A program made the translations under genes and the position numbers. DNA of 64,000 bases, from assembly GCA_000708835.1 (NCBI GenBank), contig DF237242.1:1-64000 (forward strand), given 5' to 3'. Below the pieces are notes generated by a model. It was not told where the DNA came from. It made no database searches and was given only the letters and a program-made list of their open reading frames with translations. Positions within the stretch are counted from its first letter, which is position 1; every line of letters starts with the position of its first letter. Source of the DNA: Klebsormidium nitens. Lineage: Eukaryota; Plantae; Klebsormidiophyceae. Of the stretch, positions 48,001 to 60,588 are shown piece by piece.

Positions 48001-50473
48001 AAAACATGTGGAAGTATCAAACAGAAGACGAGCGGAACGTCTACCGCACACGCTTTATTGTAGCGCAAGACCCTTGGTCGCTTTTGTACCTTCGCTAACG
48101 CCTGGCAGTTCGGCCTGAATATCAGGGACTCGCAGGTTTCTAACTTTATCCTGTTGTCAAGCAGCACCGCCCACTTGAACATACTGCTGAGAAAACAAGA
48201 GCCGCGATTGGATGCAGCGAGCTGCACATGTGCAGTCCCGCCCTAGAGTCCCGACAGTGAAATACGGGAGTATTTCTGACTAGCTTGTAAGACTTTTAAA
48301 TGCGGAAACAGAGTTATTAGCCGAGTCCGCTCTCGTCACGCGGTACTCCCTTGAGTCCTACGGCATTATCTGCTTATAATGGCACGCAAGCTGTGGGCTG
48401 CAGGCGCCCAGCCGCGTTATGCTTTCACCAGTGCCCGCTACAGAACGTACGGACTTTTTGGCAGTACTCTTGGGAGTCTTTGCATATGCTCGGCTTCAAG
48501 CGGCGACACAAACAAAAACGATGCGACCTCTGCTCGCCGCGCTTTGACGACACCGTAACTGGTACGTTTTACTGAGCGGAAATTGCTACAAGGGCACCGG
48601 CAAAGTGTTTGAAGGACGCAATCAACGACCAACTTAAGTAGAGAAAATTTTACGACGCCATTTTGATCTTTGAACTCATCGCTTCAAAATCAACATCAAT
48701 CCTCGGTAATTTTGCCCAGGCATGGTTGTTAGCCTTGCTTTTGGCATCAGAGATCAGCCGATGAACTGAAAACGTGCTCATGCGTACGTCCGATCTTCAT
48801 TGCCAGTATACATTGACTTTTTTGCCTCGTCGAATTGACAGTCCGCCCGAATGGATTCAGATTCTGGCTACCCCTTAGTACAACTTCCTCCAGACATCCG
48901 GATCTCGTTATCAGTGCACCCGCGCCCGAACACAAAACGCAGATCTCTTGAACCACAAGATCAATCATGGATTGAATACATATATGGATTTATACAGCCT
49001 GACACGCGTGTTCATTTGAGAGACCAGATAAACGGCGGACCGGCTGGTACTAGCTGATTGCTCCTGGCGCCGATGAGTATTGACGGGATCCAAAAATCAC
49101 AATTACTTCAGCACAACTCAAGAAATCTACTGGCTGTTCGAAGCCTTTAGGATAAAATTGTGCATCCAAACCCCCGCCGTGAAAGTTGGGAAGCCTCAGG
49201 AGGCATCTCAAAAAGTACGTATGATCGCGAGAGCTATGAGCAAGATTGCTCAGCGCACACAGATCATTGCCCTAGCAGGTGACCGGACCCGATAAAATGA
49301 ACAACCGATGAATAGCCAGCTTCGACCTACCGCGCGGAGCTGCGCGGCCCGGAAGCGGGCGGGGCGTCCGGGCTGCGCGGCCACGCGGCCGTCGTGCGCC
49401 ACCGTCGTCGGCGGCGGCCGCGCGGGTACCGGCGGCTGGCGACGTGGCGGCGGCAACCAAGGGCGGCCGCGCGGCCAGGATACGCTGCACCATACGCGCC
49501 CAGCCGGCGCGCTCTGAGCTTGAGCAGCGCGGCCGACGGCGCAGGCTTCTGAGCGCCGCCACGGGGCGACGCGCTCTAGTCCGCATTTGAACTCCGCGGC
49601 CTGGCCGCGGCCGCGCGCGTCAGGCGCAGCTCTTTCGATCCAGCGGACAGCGCCATCTTGAAGTTCGCCTGAGACGGTCATGACATGAGCACCCACTTGG
49701 CACCCACTTGGCCCCGGCTGTCCAGTGAACCAGCGCTGCGCGGCGCGCTGCGGCCTTGACAACACCGGTATGAGTGCTCCTTGATGCATGTCGGATTCGG
49801 ACGTAGCAAATATGCTTCCAGTCTCGCTAACCACAGAAATGATACGCTGGCAGAGAGCGGATGGACGTACAAGACACGTTTCCATGTCGATCACAGTCCG
49901 TGCTTTCCAGTTGCTACTTTATCAGGAGACACACGGTGTGCAGACGTGCGGCATCAGGGAATCTGATCTCCCATAATCTCAATTTCACTGAGGCCTACTC
50001 AGCTGTTCCAATCATTGCCACGGCATACAGTAGGTCACAACGTGCTCGTAAAGTCCAGAAAAGAATATGCCTTAATCAGTGCCGTTGCGCTGCGCGAAGG
50101 GAATCAACGTAGCCTCTTAATTCGGTCGGCAAGCGATTACGTGATGGTGGCAAGCTCAAATGTTTAGTCGCAGTACAAGCGTGATACCACCATGAAACAC
50201 CCGAGCACAAAAGCCTGGATCAGCGTGAGGCATGTCATAAACGAGGACACGATTCGGATGCAGTCACGGATCCCAGCTCCAGATCGGCCCCTGGACCCAA
50301 ATTATCAACGAAGGACACTGATCGAGTCGACTCAAGTGCAATTCTCACCCTTGAAGAATGATTTCGAGGGCATCAATGTGTTCCGACGTGGCAGACATAT
50401 GACCGAAACGAGTGCTCAGCCACTTAACCCGCAGTTACTCATCATTGCCTAGGCTTCGTATCTCGGTGCACTT

Positions 50474-50517
50474 GATGTTTCGGACGATGTTTCGGACGAT
50501 GTTTCGGACGATGTTTC
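50474..50517. repeat. 12-bp tandem repeat (gatgtttcggac) x~3.6
   Basis: Read directly from the sequence. Confidence 0.9.
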
Positions 50518-50989
50518 TTTTTGATCTGCGAAGACATGCCAGATCACGCCAGCGCTAAGGATATTGAGCGTAACTTGTGGACTTGTTCCATTGTGTTAGC
50601 GCAGGACGCAAGTCCTCTTCCGATTTACAGGAGGCATCCCCAAAAGGACCCTCAGCGCAACTTTTAGGCCTTGAAGTGTCAAGCGACCGCGATTGAGACG
50701 AAAACTGGCAGAATACTGCATGTCGATCTGAAGGTGAGCCAATCACACCAGCAAAATCACAGCCTATGTCGAAAGCTGGCGCGGGCCTTATATATGCGGC
50801 ATCAGTAAGAGGTGATCGAGTCGTAAGGCATAATATTGCCCCCGGCCAGACCTCTTTCACTCATAGCCACTGAATAGAAGCATGCCGCACGTGGTGGTTA
50901 GCGTTACTAGTTGGATCCCCAGCTATTGGGTCTGAATTCAAATTTCGACCCACATGTATAAAGTTATTTGCCGCTGCGATCAGCGGGTC

Positions 50990-52870
50990 AGGAGGCTGTT
51001 CGCAGTTTCGCAGTTGTGAAAACAAACGTCGAGAAGCATGTCGTCAAGCGCCCGTTGAGAGAGAACAAACGGAGCAAAGCTTCTAGCAGATGCCTGCAGA
51101 TAGAACGGAAGCAATCGAGGGCACGAGATAACTTACGAGCTATCACAAAGCAGCGGAAGCGGAGAGCCCAACTTGCGTGGCGGCTGAATTGCAAAGAAGG
51201 TTCGCAGCCGTGAACGATGTAGCTGGGCGTTCAACCGTTGGGCTGTCTCTTGGCATTTCTTGGTTGCTTCGTCCCACGACATACGACGACAGGAAAAGCT
51301 CAAAGAAAGAGTTTCTGGCAAGTGCAATGAGTGCCTTAATGAAATGCGGGCTTCGGTCGAGGCTAAAAGCGAAACTTTCTAATCGATATTGGACGTTTTC
51401 ACGCCAACTCTGTGGCCTATCCTCATAAAGGGCTCCAAAGCTCTGCTAAATTTACGAACGATAAGAAGGAGGCAAAAGCCGACGATTTGGCCGGGCCTGC
51501 CGCCTCGACATGCTTCGGCGTCCTTCCTTCAACTCTGGCCGGTATTAGGAAACGGTCAAAACAGCAAGCAAATTAACGTATTTGACGCAAGCCAAAACAA
51601 CGTGTCAGAGATCAGCTGCTAGTTTGCTTTTGACACATCGATTGCCCAAGTTCCGTTAAATTCCTTGTCTGTGGCTTCTTAATGTCTCTTCAACGGGCCA
51701 GTCGCCCACTGATTAGGAGTCATCGCCTGCGTAGCAACACAGTGAAGAAGAATGAGATTGACGTCACCTTCCTGGCTTCAGATTCCAGGTCAATACCTGT
51801 TTGAGCAGAATCGCCCAGCCGCCCAAAATTCCTTGCCATCAGAACCTTCCCACTACACAAAGCATGCCGCACGTTGTGGCGTTTAAAATAGTTTACGTGA
51901 TTGGGTTTTCGTTCAAATCTGACTTCAAACATCAATTGGCATGTTGACAAGTCTCTTTGGCGCTTCGACCAACGGCTCACAAGGCTAGTCGCAGCTGTGA
52001 AAACAAACGTCGAGAAGCGTGTCCTCAAAAAAGCCAATTGAGTGAAGAAATTGTGTATGACTATGGGAACTACTTTGCATGAACCTGCAGATGCCGGAAA
52101 TATATAGAATCGATTAAAGGCACGAGGTGATTCACAAGTCGGAACGAATGGGAGCGGAGAGCCCAAAATGGCGTCTGAATCACAGAAGAAGGTTCGAAGC
52201 CGTGAATGATGTAGTCTGGCGCGCGTTCACCCGCAAGACTGCCTCTAGGCATTACACTGTTGCTTCTTACCGTGACTGTACGAGGCCTGAAAACGCTTGG
52301 AAGAAGATTGGCAAGGTCACGAGTCTTATATGTAGTGGTGATGACGGCTCCGGTTCAAAACACGCAAAACTTCCTTTGAAAGATTGGACGTTTTTGCGCC
52401 ATATTTCCAGCCTATCATCTTCGCAAAGAGCTCGGAAGCTCTCCAAGATTTAGAAACAGAAAGGACGGAGCAAAACGCTGAAGAATTGACCAGACCGCCG
52501 CGACACTGTGGCAGCTCGACATGCGTCGTCGACTTCTACAGCTCTGGCCGGAAACAGGATACGATCAGGGAGCAAGCAAATTAAGGGAATCGAAGCAAGC
52601 CAAAGCAACGCGTCAGAGATTAGCTGCTAATCCGCTTTTAACAAATTGAATGCAACGAGGCTTGTTTTCCAAGTCTGTGGTCTCTGATCAGTGGGTCTTT
52701 TAACGGGACAGTCGCCCATAAGTGCCGAAGAGTCGTCGCTTGCAGTAGCCATACGTACAGTGAAGAAGATCACCTTGACATCACCTTCCTGGCTTCAGAT
52801 TGCAGGTCAGCACCTTTACATTGAGCTAATTCGCTCAGCCGCCAGAACTTCCTTGCCAAAAAAAACCTTC
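50990..52870. repeat. Diverged tandem duplication, unit ~1 kb
   Basis: Collinear anchors ~1 kb apart: tgtgaaaacaaacgtcgagaagc (~51015/51996), ggagagcccaa (~51160/52156), attggacgtttt (~51388/52384), gcaagcaaattaa (~51564/52572), tcaccttcctggcttcagatt (~51763/52781). Confidence 0.85.
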
Positions 52871-54863
52871 GCACCAGGGAAGCAGGCCCAAACCAAGACC
52901 CAAAACAATGGCCGGAATCACACAAGGCTTTCGTAACGAGGCAAAGAAGCGGCTCATCACGTCAAGGAGAGCTTTGAGGAACGAGGACAGTTGCCGAGTC
53001 ACGGCCAAACAAACATCTCTTATCTCTTCCATGAAAAGAGAAGAGTTCTTCGGACCGCTTCGTTTAGACGACGTCGCCGGCAGTGTACTATCAAACTCCG
53101 CAGGAGCAGAAGTTGCAAGTTCTGACGAAAGGACCAGTAGGTTGATTTAAGAGCTCCAATGTGATTCGCCATTGAAAAGTACGAGCACACTTGGACTCCC
53201 GAGGGCGCCGACAATCTCAGCATCTCTATATTTCGAGGCAGTCGCGCAAGCGAAAGCCCCAAGGCTCTTCAAAATAGAGCGCTCGAATCTGCTGTTTCAG
53301 TGTGGGTTTGTATAATTAAATGGGCTCGGAACGGTCCCCAAAGAGCTGTCAGAAGGTGTCCGACGTACTCGAGATTCTATCCGTTCATCCGCTGATCAAC
53401 ACCGTTACTGCCTTTGGTAGATCTAAAAGACGGCTTGACATTTTGATGACAACCAGCCCGGCAGTTTGCAACCCAAATAAGGCCCTGGCGAGAACCGTGA
53501 TGGGCAGCGGGAGACGTGAGTGCCATAGAGTTGGAATTAGCACAACTTTAGACGTGGAGGAGACGTCTTACATTCTACTTATGGAACTGCTCGCGGCCCT
53601 GAGCCGGTCACCTGCACGGTCGGGTCGATTGCTGGTGGCTCAAACTATCTGTCAAACCTACATTGAGCAGCTTAATCCGTGCTCATGTAGTTTTCATTCC
53701 TTGCCAGTCAGGGACCTATTCAGTGGAAACTTAACATGCCGAAAACCGACGAAAATCAGCCCTAGTGAAGTGGCAGGCTCTTCGTGCAAACCCTAGAACG
53801 GTAGACACTTGGGACACCATTGATCGCAGGGTTGCTTCAATAAGACGATGAACGTGCAGCGTAGAGTCGGATTGCTGGCTTACGAGCGTACGTAGCTGAC
53901 CTTGTCATCTGGGCCTGTTCTAAAGACGAGAATGTCGTAAAGCTCACCATCCGACCTTCGATTTTGAAGTGCTGGCCAATCAAAGTTTTTGTACAGACAG
54001 GCGGTCACCGTGCCACATTCGAAACGTGCGCGCGCGCGTCCTTTCATACATTCATAGGAACCCCAACCAATCATGGTTAGCCCTAAGAATTAACAACTGA
54101 CTTTTTCGAGGCCCTGGACGTGGCAGGAGACTTCTTGAGCGCTTGTTGCGACGAGAGCTTCCGCTCAAACGATTTCATCAACGTCACAGCAAGCTGATGG
54201 GAAGCTCATTCAACAAATGACTTTCATGAGTGATATAGTAAAATGAGTTCGCTTGCATTGCATAGTAAGGCGGAGCGTATGCCAGTGGCCAAGCGTCCAA
54301 GCGGTTTCAATTTTTCAAAATGGAGCGCCGCTTGACTGAATCACGCTTGCATCGAGGTGACATTGTTTCATCCTTGAAACTTAATATGCAAATCTCGACA
54401 AACAAAGCGTCCCCCGGAAAACAAGTAGAAGAAAGCCTAGACACGAGAACCCTAAAAGGTAGGAAAACGAGTCTTGGCTGTGTGGTAGAGGGTTTAGTTA
54501 CCCTGGAAGCTAAGCGCCGGGGAACGGGGGAAGCGCGTTTGCTGCGTGGTTTGCTGTTACAGCTAACTACGTAGGGCGGGCAGCAACCACAAAACATATA
54601 ACCCGGTGATTTGCCCCATGTGCCAATATCCTCCGAAACGCCCGCGGGAACAGAAATGTGCACGGGTAACTGTACCGGGCCCTCGACGGATCGCAAAAGA
54701 TGCAAACCCGCATTAGTTAGATATGATGGTTTCGTTTAACCATCCTTAGAATCGACTTCAACGAGCCGGTCAGGAGGCGACAGAGAGGGATCATCTTCGA
54801 AATCTGGTTTGATATCTACTCGAGAGTCTTCAACTTACAACTTCAAGTTCACAAGTTGGCACG

Positions 54864-57800
54864 ATGGGTACCGCTTCCGGCCCTCCCCGCATCTTTGCAT
54901 TCCTTCTTGTCCTGCTGGCCATTGCTTTGCCCATTGTCAACGCAGCTCGCATTGCTTCGTCCCGAGGTCTCCTGCAAGAGGGCCCTCTTCCAGCTCCCAC
55001 GTCCGCTCCGACCAGCGCTCCCCCTAGCGCCACCGCTACACCATCCCCTGAACAGGGCCCTGTTTCAGCACTTGCCAATGCGCCTACCATTGGCGCTCCT
55101 GCTTTTTCTCCGCAACAGGGCGCCCCTGTCTTGCCAGTTGTCAGGCCCAACCCATCAAACCCCACGCCTGCAGAGGGCCCTGTTTCTGTGCCTGTTGCGG
55201 CTCCTGCCAATGCCCCCGCCAGCAATGCGCCTGCAGGTGCCCCGGAACAGGGCCCTGCAAGCGGTTTTGTCTGCCCCCCAAATGCCAATGCCACGGCGGC
55301 ATTGGCGCCCATCACTACGCCAACGTTAGTGAGCGGCGCTTATGTCACGATCAATGTCAGCAACGTATCTGGGGTGAGTTACTGAATCCCTGGTCACTGA
55401 GTGAAGAATGCGATCCTGAAATGCCGCCGCCAGGGTTTGAGTAGAGGACATAAAAGTGTTGAATTGTACCAACCTCAAAGCAAGCTTTCTTTGAAAGGTT
55501 GCTTCTCTGATTTCATTGAGGGGCAGACCGCTGCAAGAAAAGGAGTCAAGATTTTGTGCAAAAGAGGTATGGCTATTAAGCAAACCTTCAAAGACCCATC
55601 CATTGCTTGGTCGCCATGACTGTCGCGCTGGCAAACATGAGATCTAAACTGTTTAGGTTTGGCCAACTGAACGACTGGAATAGCGTCTTGGTTTGACAAG
55701 CGGACTACTCTGATTGGTCCTTTTGCCAAGACCCTAAAAGAGCTGAGGTTAAAGCGCCACAGAATGTGGCAAATGGCCATGGTGGGTTTAATGTGGGGGT
55801 AATGGGAACTCCCCACTCTCTAATATTGAGGAAACGAAAGTCAGGCGAGGATCTAAAAGCACGGTGCCCCATTGACTATAGTTTGTGTGCATTTCAGCCG
55901 GAAAAGCTGAAGTTTAGAGCGCACCATTACAGAAGCTCAGGGACACTTTGCATAGGTTGCATGCAACCCCAGGAGCTTAGTGAGGAAGATGGTTCATGCA
56001 TTGGGATCATTTGGTCAACATTGCGTGCTGAAAAGCAGGGACGTTGCCGCTGAACCACTCCTCAATGAGCCCCTTAGCTCCCTTGGGGCAGGTTACTTGC
56101 ACTATTCCGTTTTAGGGCAAGTAGCTGCTCGTGATGCTGGCACACAACTGTGTGCAAACCATTTCATTTTGGGGGTGTTGATACCCGATGACGCGCAGGT
56201 TTTGGCACACCCATATCTTGATTAGCTGGCCCTTCGTCCACCTAAAAGAACTCCCCGCAGACCTACTAGATGGTTTTAACCTTTTTACTTAGTGTGACCA
56301 TTTGACACCGCCTACTGTCAAACTGCTAAAAATAGCTTATCTTTCGCACCTTGAACACAGGTGGGGTACACGTTTCTGGCGGGCAACGTCACCATCTCGT
56401 ACCTGTCAGGAGGCCCGAACGTCACCCGGGGGGTCATATTCCTCCCTGAGGACGGTGTCGACCCCATAGCTTATGCTCCATACGCTCGGGCTACGGCGCT
56501 CTCATCGGGGCATTTTGTCGTTATAGCTGCCGACAGGTAACCCCAAACCAGTCACTTATTCCTGAGTTACTCTGCCTAGGTGCACGTTTCTGCAGAGGAC
56601 TCAAATCCGGCACCTTTTGATAGGGTAACAAAACGTGGCAGTCTGATAGCAAACGGTTTTGCCTAAAGGAAGCCGCACACTTGCCAACCTTGACCCACAT
56701 CCAAACCCCAAATCTAACGCAGCTCCGCAGCTCAATTGGGACCGTCTTCGAAGCGGTGGTAATGCAACCCGACTTGCAAATTGATCACTGTCGTAACCCC
56801 AGCCTGAAAACACCGCATGATTCGGTACAGCCTGCCCCAAAAATACCGGTTACTTTGTATTGTATGAAGAGATGATTGTTTCAAGATACATTAGCCCCGG
56901 GCACCTCAACTAAGAACCCTAACCTAAAACTTTACGCGCTCCGCACCCGCACGCACCCAAACCCCCAAACTAACCCCACCTGTCCCCGGTGTGCTTACCT
57001 TGAAAGAATCGGCCGTTAAAACAATCGAAAGTTGCCGGAGTACCCCAAAGGACCCTTATTGCTGACCTTGACCACCCGCAAAACCAATGATTGTGTCCTT
57101 GCAGCTCCTACGGAACGGTCCTCGGAGCAATGGCGCTGCGGTCCGACTTACAGTACTGGGTGCTTGGGGGACATGGGCGGGGAGGAACGGTTGCTGCCGG
57201 ACTGGCGCCGGTTCTTTACCCGAAGGTCCGGGGACTGATCCTCCTAGCCGCGACTCTGCCAGGTGCGCCGCTACTATAGTTATTGCACGGTGTGGCCACA
57301 CAAAGAACAACGTGTCACAGGAAGGAAGATATACCTTCTTGTCGTAGATGTGTAAAGGGAACTGGGTACTTGTTTGACAGTTCAAACTAGGGACTGCGAG
57401 AGGTTCTCGCGTGCTCAAGTAAGTGACTTCCTCGGGAAAACGATCGAAGTTGTTGACGAATTCCGGCTTCCTGCGATTGGTCGAGAGATGTATACGGGGT
57501 GTTCGTTGCGTGTTTTCAAATTGGAAAGATTTTCCATGTGGGGGCTCGGTTTGGCACTTCACGTTCGCACCTTTGACTTCAAGGTTTAAACATCGTCGAT
57601 AGAATTGTGCTGTTAGGACGTACCAGAGAAAGAAGCCCGAACCGCATGTGTTTAGGAAAGTCCACGCGGGATTGAGCTTTCAGAAACCGAACGAACCTGA
57701 TTGGGTTTTGCTGTGGGCTGCCAAATGCGAACAGCCTCTCCAAGTCGCGAATTTATTTGCAGGTTTTCACACAGATATTGAGGTACTAACTGGGGAGAAT

Positions 57801-60588
57801 TGCATAGTGCAAGTGTGTGTATGCTGGACTTCCCATGGTTTTGTAAGCTCGTCTTGAGAGTCTCGCTCCGTTTTTTTGGGCAAAGACCACTGGCCTTCCC
57901 CTTCTGCATCTGGCATCCGAGTTCATTGCCCGGAATTTTCGTTTGGAAAGTCATTAGAAGCGTCATTGGAGGACTGAGATCGCTGCATAAATATCCTTCG
58001 TTGGCCTTGTGATGTATTGGAAAGGGAGTTCTCAACGAAGATCAGAGTCCAGATAACTCCGAGCAAGCATCTCTCAATCCAATGACATATGGCCCGCGAC
58101 CTTTCCATACGCTATCCTCACACCCTCCCTTTTTATCCCCCAGCCTCGCTCGACCTGTCCTCCGCCAACCTCCTCGTCCTCTCAGCCTACGGCGCCACCG
58201 ACACGGTAGTAACGTCATCCCAGGCGCGAGCTGACGCCCTGCGCCTCCCGGGCGATGCCGTGCTGACGTCATTCAACCTGGGCCACTACGACTTTGCTTA
58301 CAGCCAGTGCTCGCAAAACTCCCCCGGGCCAACAACCGGGGGCTCCAATCTGACCGCCGCCACAGCAAGATACCTCACGACGTACTACTTTTCGTTCCCC
58401 ATCCTGTGAGTAGAGCCACTGGAATGCATTCGGGCATTCCGCTCTGTTTGGGTTCCGTTTGAGGGTTTGGAAGATTCTGCTTCTGTAACTTCGTGCGCAC
58501 TGTCTGGTTTTCACATATGCAATTCCAGATTCTGGATCAGGCAGTCTCCAAACAATTGCCTAGAAATGATTGCTTCAAATTTCAACAATTTCATCTCCTA
58601 GAAAGATTTTCGCCCACGCTCCCTTTCTTCTCATCTGCCGGGGTTATTTCGTGGACAATGACGAACTTCAGACATATATTTCAGGTTTTAGGAATGAGTG
58701 CAAAGTATGCACCCTGTACTCCTAACCGTAAGCAGTCTGCGAGATTTATGTTGAACGGCTTCTTTACCCTAACCCTAAACTATTTGTAACCCCAAAATGT
58801 TACTTTCCCGCAGCCTGGCCCAGTGGGCGGAGGCAACACCCCGAGCACTGTCCTTTGGCGACAACTTCCGGCTAACCCCCGGGCGGAACGTGTCCAAACC
58901 CTACCCGGTTAACTCGACCGGGCCAGTAACCTTCCAGGACATTCTGATACCGGGCACGCTTCCAGTGCGTCACTGGTACGTGTTCTCGCCACCGGCCAAC
59001 GTCACCCGAGGCGGGTACATTTTCCTGCCAGGTGAGGAGGAGTTGTTGTGCCTTTTATCCGTTCTTCTTTTTTATTTTTTTCAGTCTATTTTGATAGATT
59101 ACAACCCCTGTATTTCTTGCGGCACGATTGCTGAGGAGCTGCCGGCTTTTGTTGTCGGGACAGGAAAGAGGAGAAGGTTATCGATGCATCCAGTCATGCA
59201 ATGCCGTTCCCTGTTCCGCTTTCCTCGCTTTGGAGCGTTTCCATTTCAGTACTTCGGACAACCCTTGCAATTGCCTTTGATATCGGGCCGCACTCTTAAT
59301 TGTTGCCACGTCAACGAGTCCCTTTCTTTGTCACCGTTTCCGTTCCGTCTCCATCTCGCCTGTTCCGCTTCCGTCTCGGTCAATCTGTTCCGGCCTCCTT
59401 TAAGTGTCGTAATCCGCACGCAAGCGTACTTTCCAGTCGCCTTCGATATTCTGACCGAGTATGGGCCATTAATTACACCATTTTCCGTATTGTATAATAA
59501 TCGTTTGTATTCCCCGTCCCACTTCCCTTGAACCCGTTCCGTGCTATAAGGCGCCTCATCAGACGTGCAGGCAAACTTCGCAATTGGCCTTAAAACTGCG
59601 GCGCAGGGCTGGCAGCACGCTTACTGAGTTCCTCCGTACTTGACCAAGTCCGCTTCCGTTCCGCCCGTTCCGCCGACTTTTGTATACCGCTTTCATCTTC
59701 CCCAAGCGCCGCAGTCGATGCCCGGGCTTAAAAACCAGTTTCTTAAGACGCGGTGCAGGGCTGATTGACCGCTCACGACTTTCTTTTCTCTTCGACCGAT
59801 TGATTCCGTCCCCCCGCTCCGCTTCCGTCCATTCCGTTTCGCTCCAGTCTCGTCCAGAGGCCGCAGTCGATGCCCCCGCAACGTCATAGTCCACTTCAAC
59901 CTTGCAGCTCTGAGGGCTAGTTGCGTGTTCACTCAATTGCTTCACAATTGAATGGCCATACTATATTCCCGTTCCGCCCGTTCCGTCCAACTCACATATT
60001 ACGCTCCCGTTCCTTCCAGGCGGTGCAGTTGATGCCCGGGCCTACTTTCCGGTCGCTTTCAACATCGCGGCGCAGGGCTGGCTGTGCGTCATCATCCAAC
60101 AGACGGGGCGCGTTGCAGGGGTTTTCAACTCTACCGACCCGACCGCCGTGGTTTACTCCACTAACCCGGTTTTCGCATCGGTACCCAAAAACAAGTGGGC
60201 GATCGGGGGCCACTCCGCGGGCGGCCAGGGCGCGGCAGCTTACGTCGCCGCTAACCCGACTCGGGTTTTTGCGCTGGTGATGCTGGCTGGAGGGATCGCC
60301 CCTGCTAACCTGAGCACTAACCCGACTCCCGTAGTGAACATAGTCGGGACGCTCGACAGGGTTAGCGGACCAGGGTTGAGTTATCTGCGGTATCAAGCGC
60401 TTGTGAACCCGTATGGGAACCCGAATGTGACGTTGCCTCTGGTGCCGCTCGCGGGGGGCAACCATTATCAGATGGGCGACTATGGATACCAATACTTCGA
60501 CGACATTGCGGTCGTCAGCCAAGACCAGCAACAGGCTTCTGCGGCACAACTAGTGGTGACTTATCTGGACAGCCTAGCGCCGAAGTAA
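54864..60588 (+). CDS. Secreted chimeric protein: signal peptide, Pro/Ala/Ser/Thr-rich AGP-like region, two Abhydrolase_5-type alpha/beta-hydrolase domains. Exons 54864-55373, 56361-56536, 57105-57262, 58144-58381, 58814-59031, 60019-60588
   Basis: Hydrophobic N-terminus, then AP/PA/TP/SP repeats. Domain 1: IFLPEDGVDPIAYAP, WVLGGHGRGG, GATD, GHYDF. Domain 2: YIFLPGGAVDARAYFP, WAIGGHSAGG, GTLD, GGNHYQMGDYGYQ. All junctions in phase. Confidence 0.88.
59424..59880 (+). repeat. Decaying copies of the start of the last hydrolase exon inside the preceding intron
   Basis: gcagtcgatgccc at 59711 and 59863 (real gcagttgatgcccgggcc at 60025); gcggcgcagggctg at 59598 and 59750; gcgtactttccagtcgccttcgatatt at 59424. 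Confidence 0.75.

Noticed and set aside
40400-50500. Numerous 60-200 aa ORFs (43530-43865, 45854-46309, 46071-46667, 46951-47229, 49250-49894)
   Set aside because: No recognisable motif or consistent exon chain. Some may be gene relics, but I cannot support any call.
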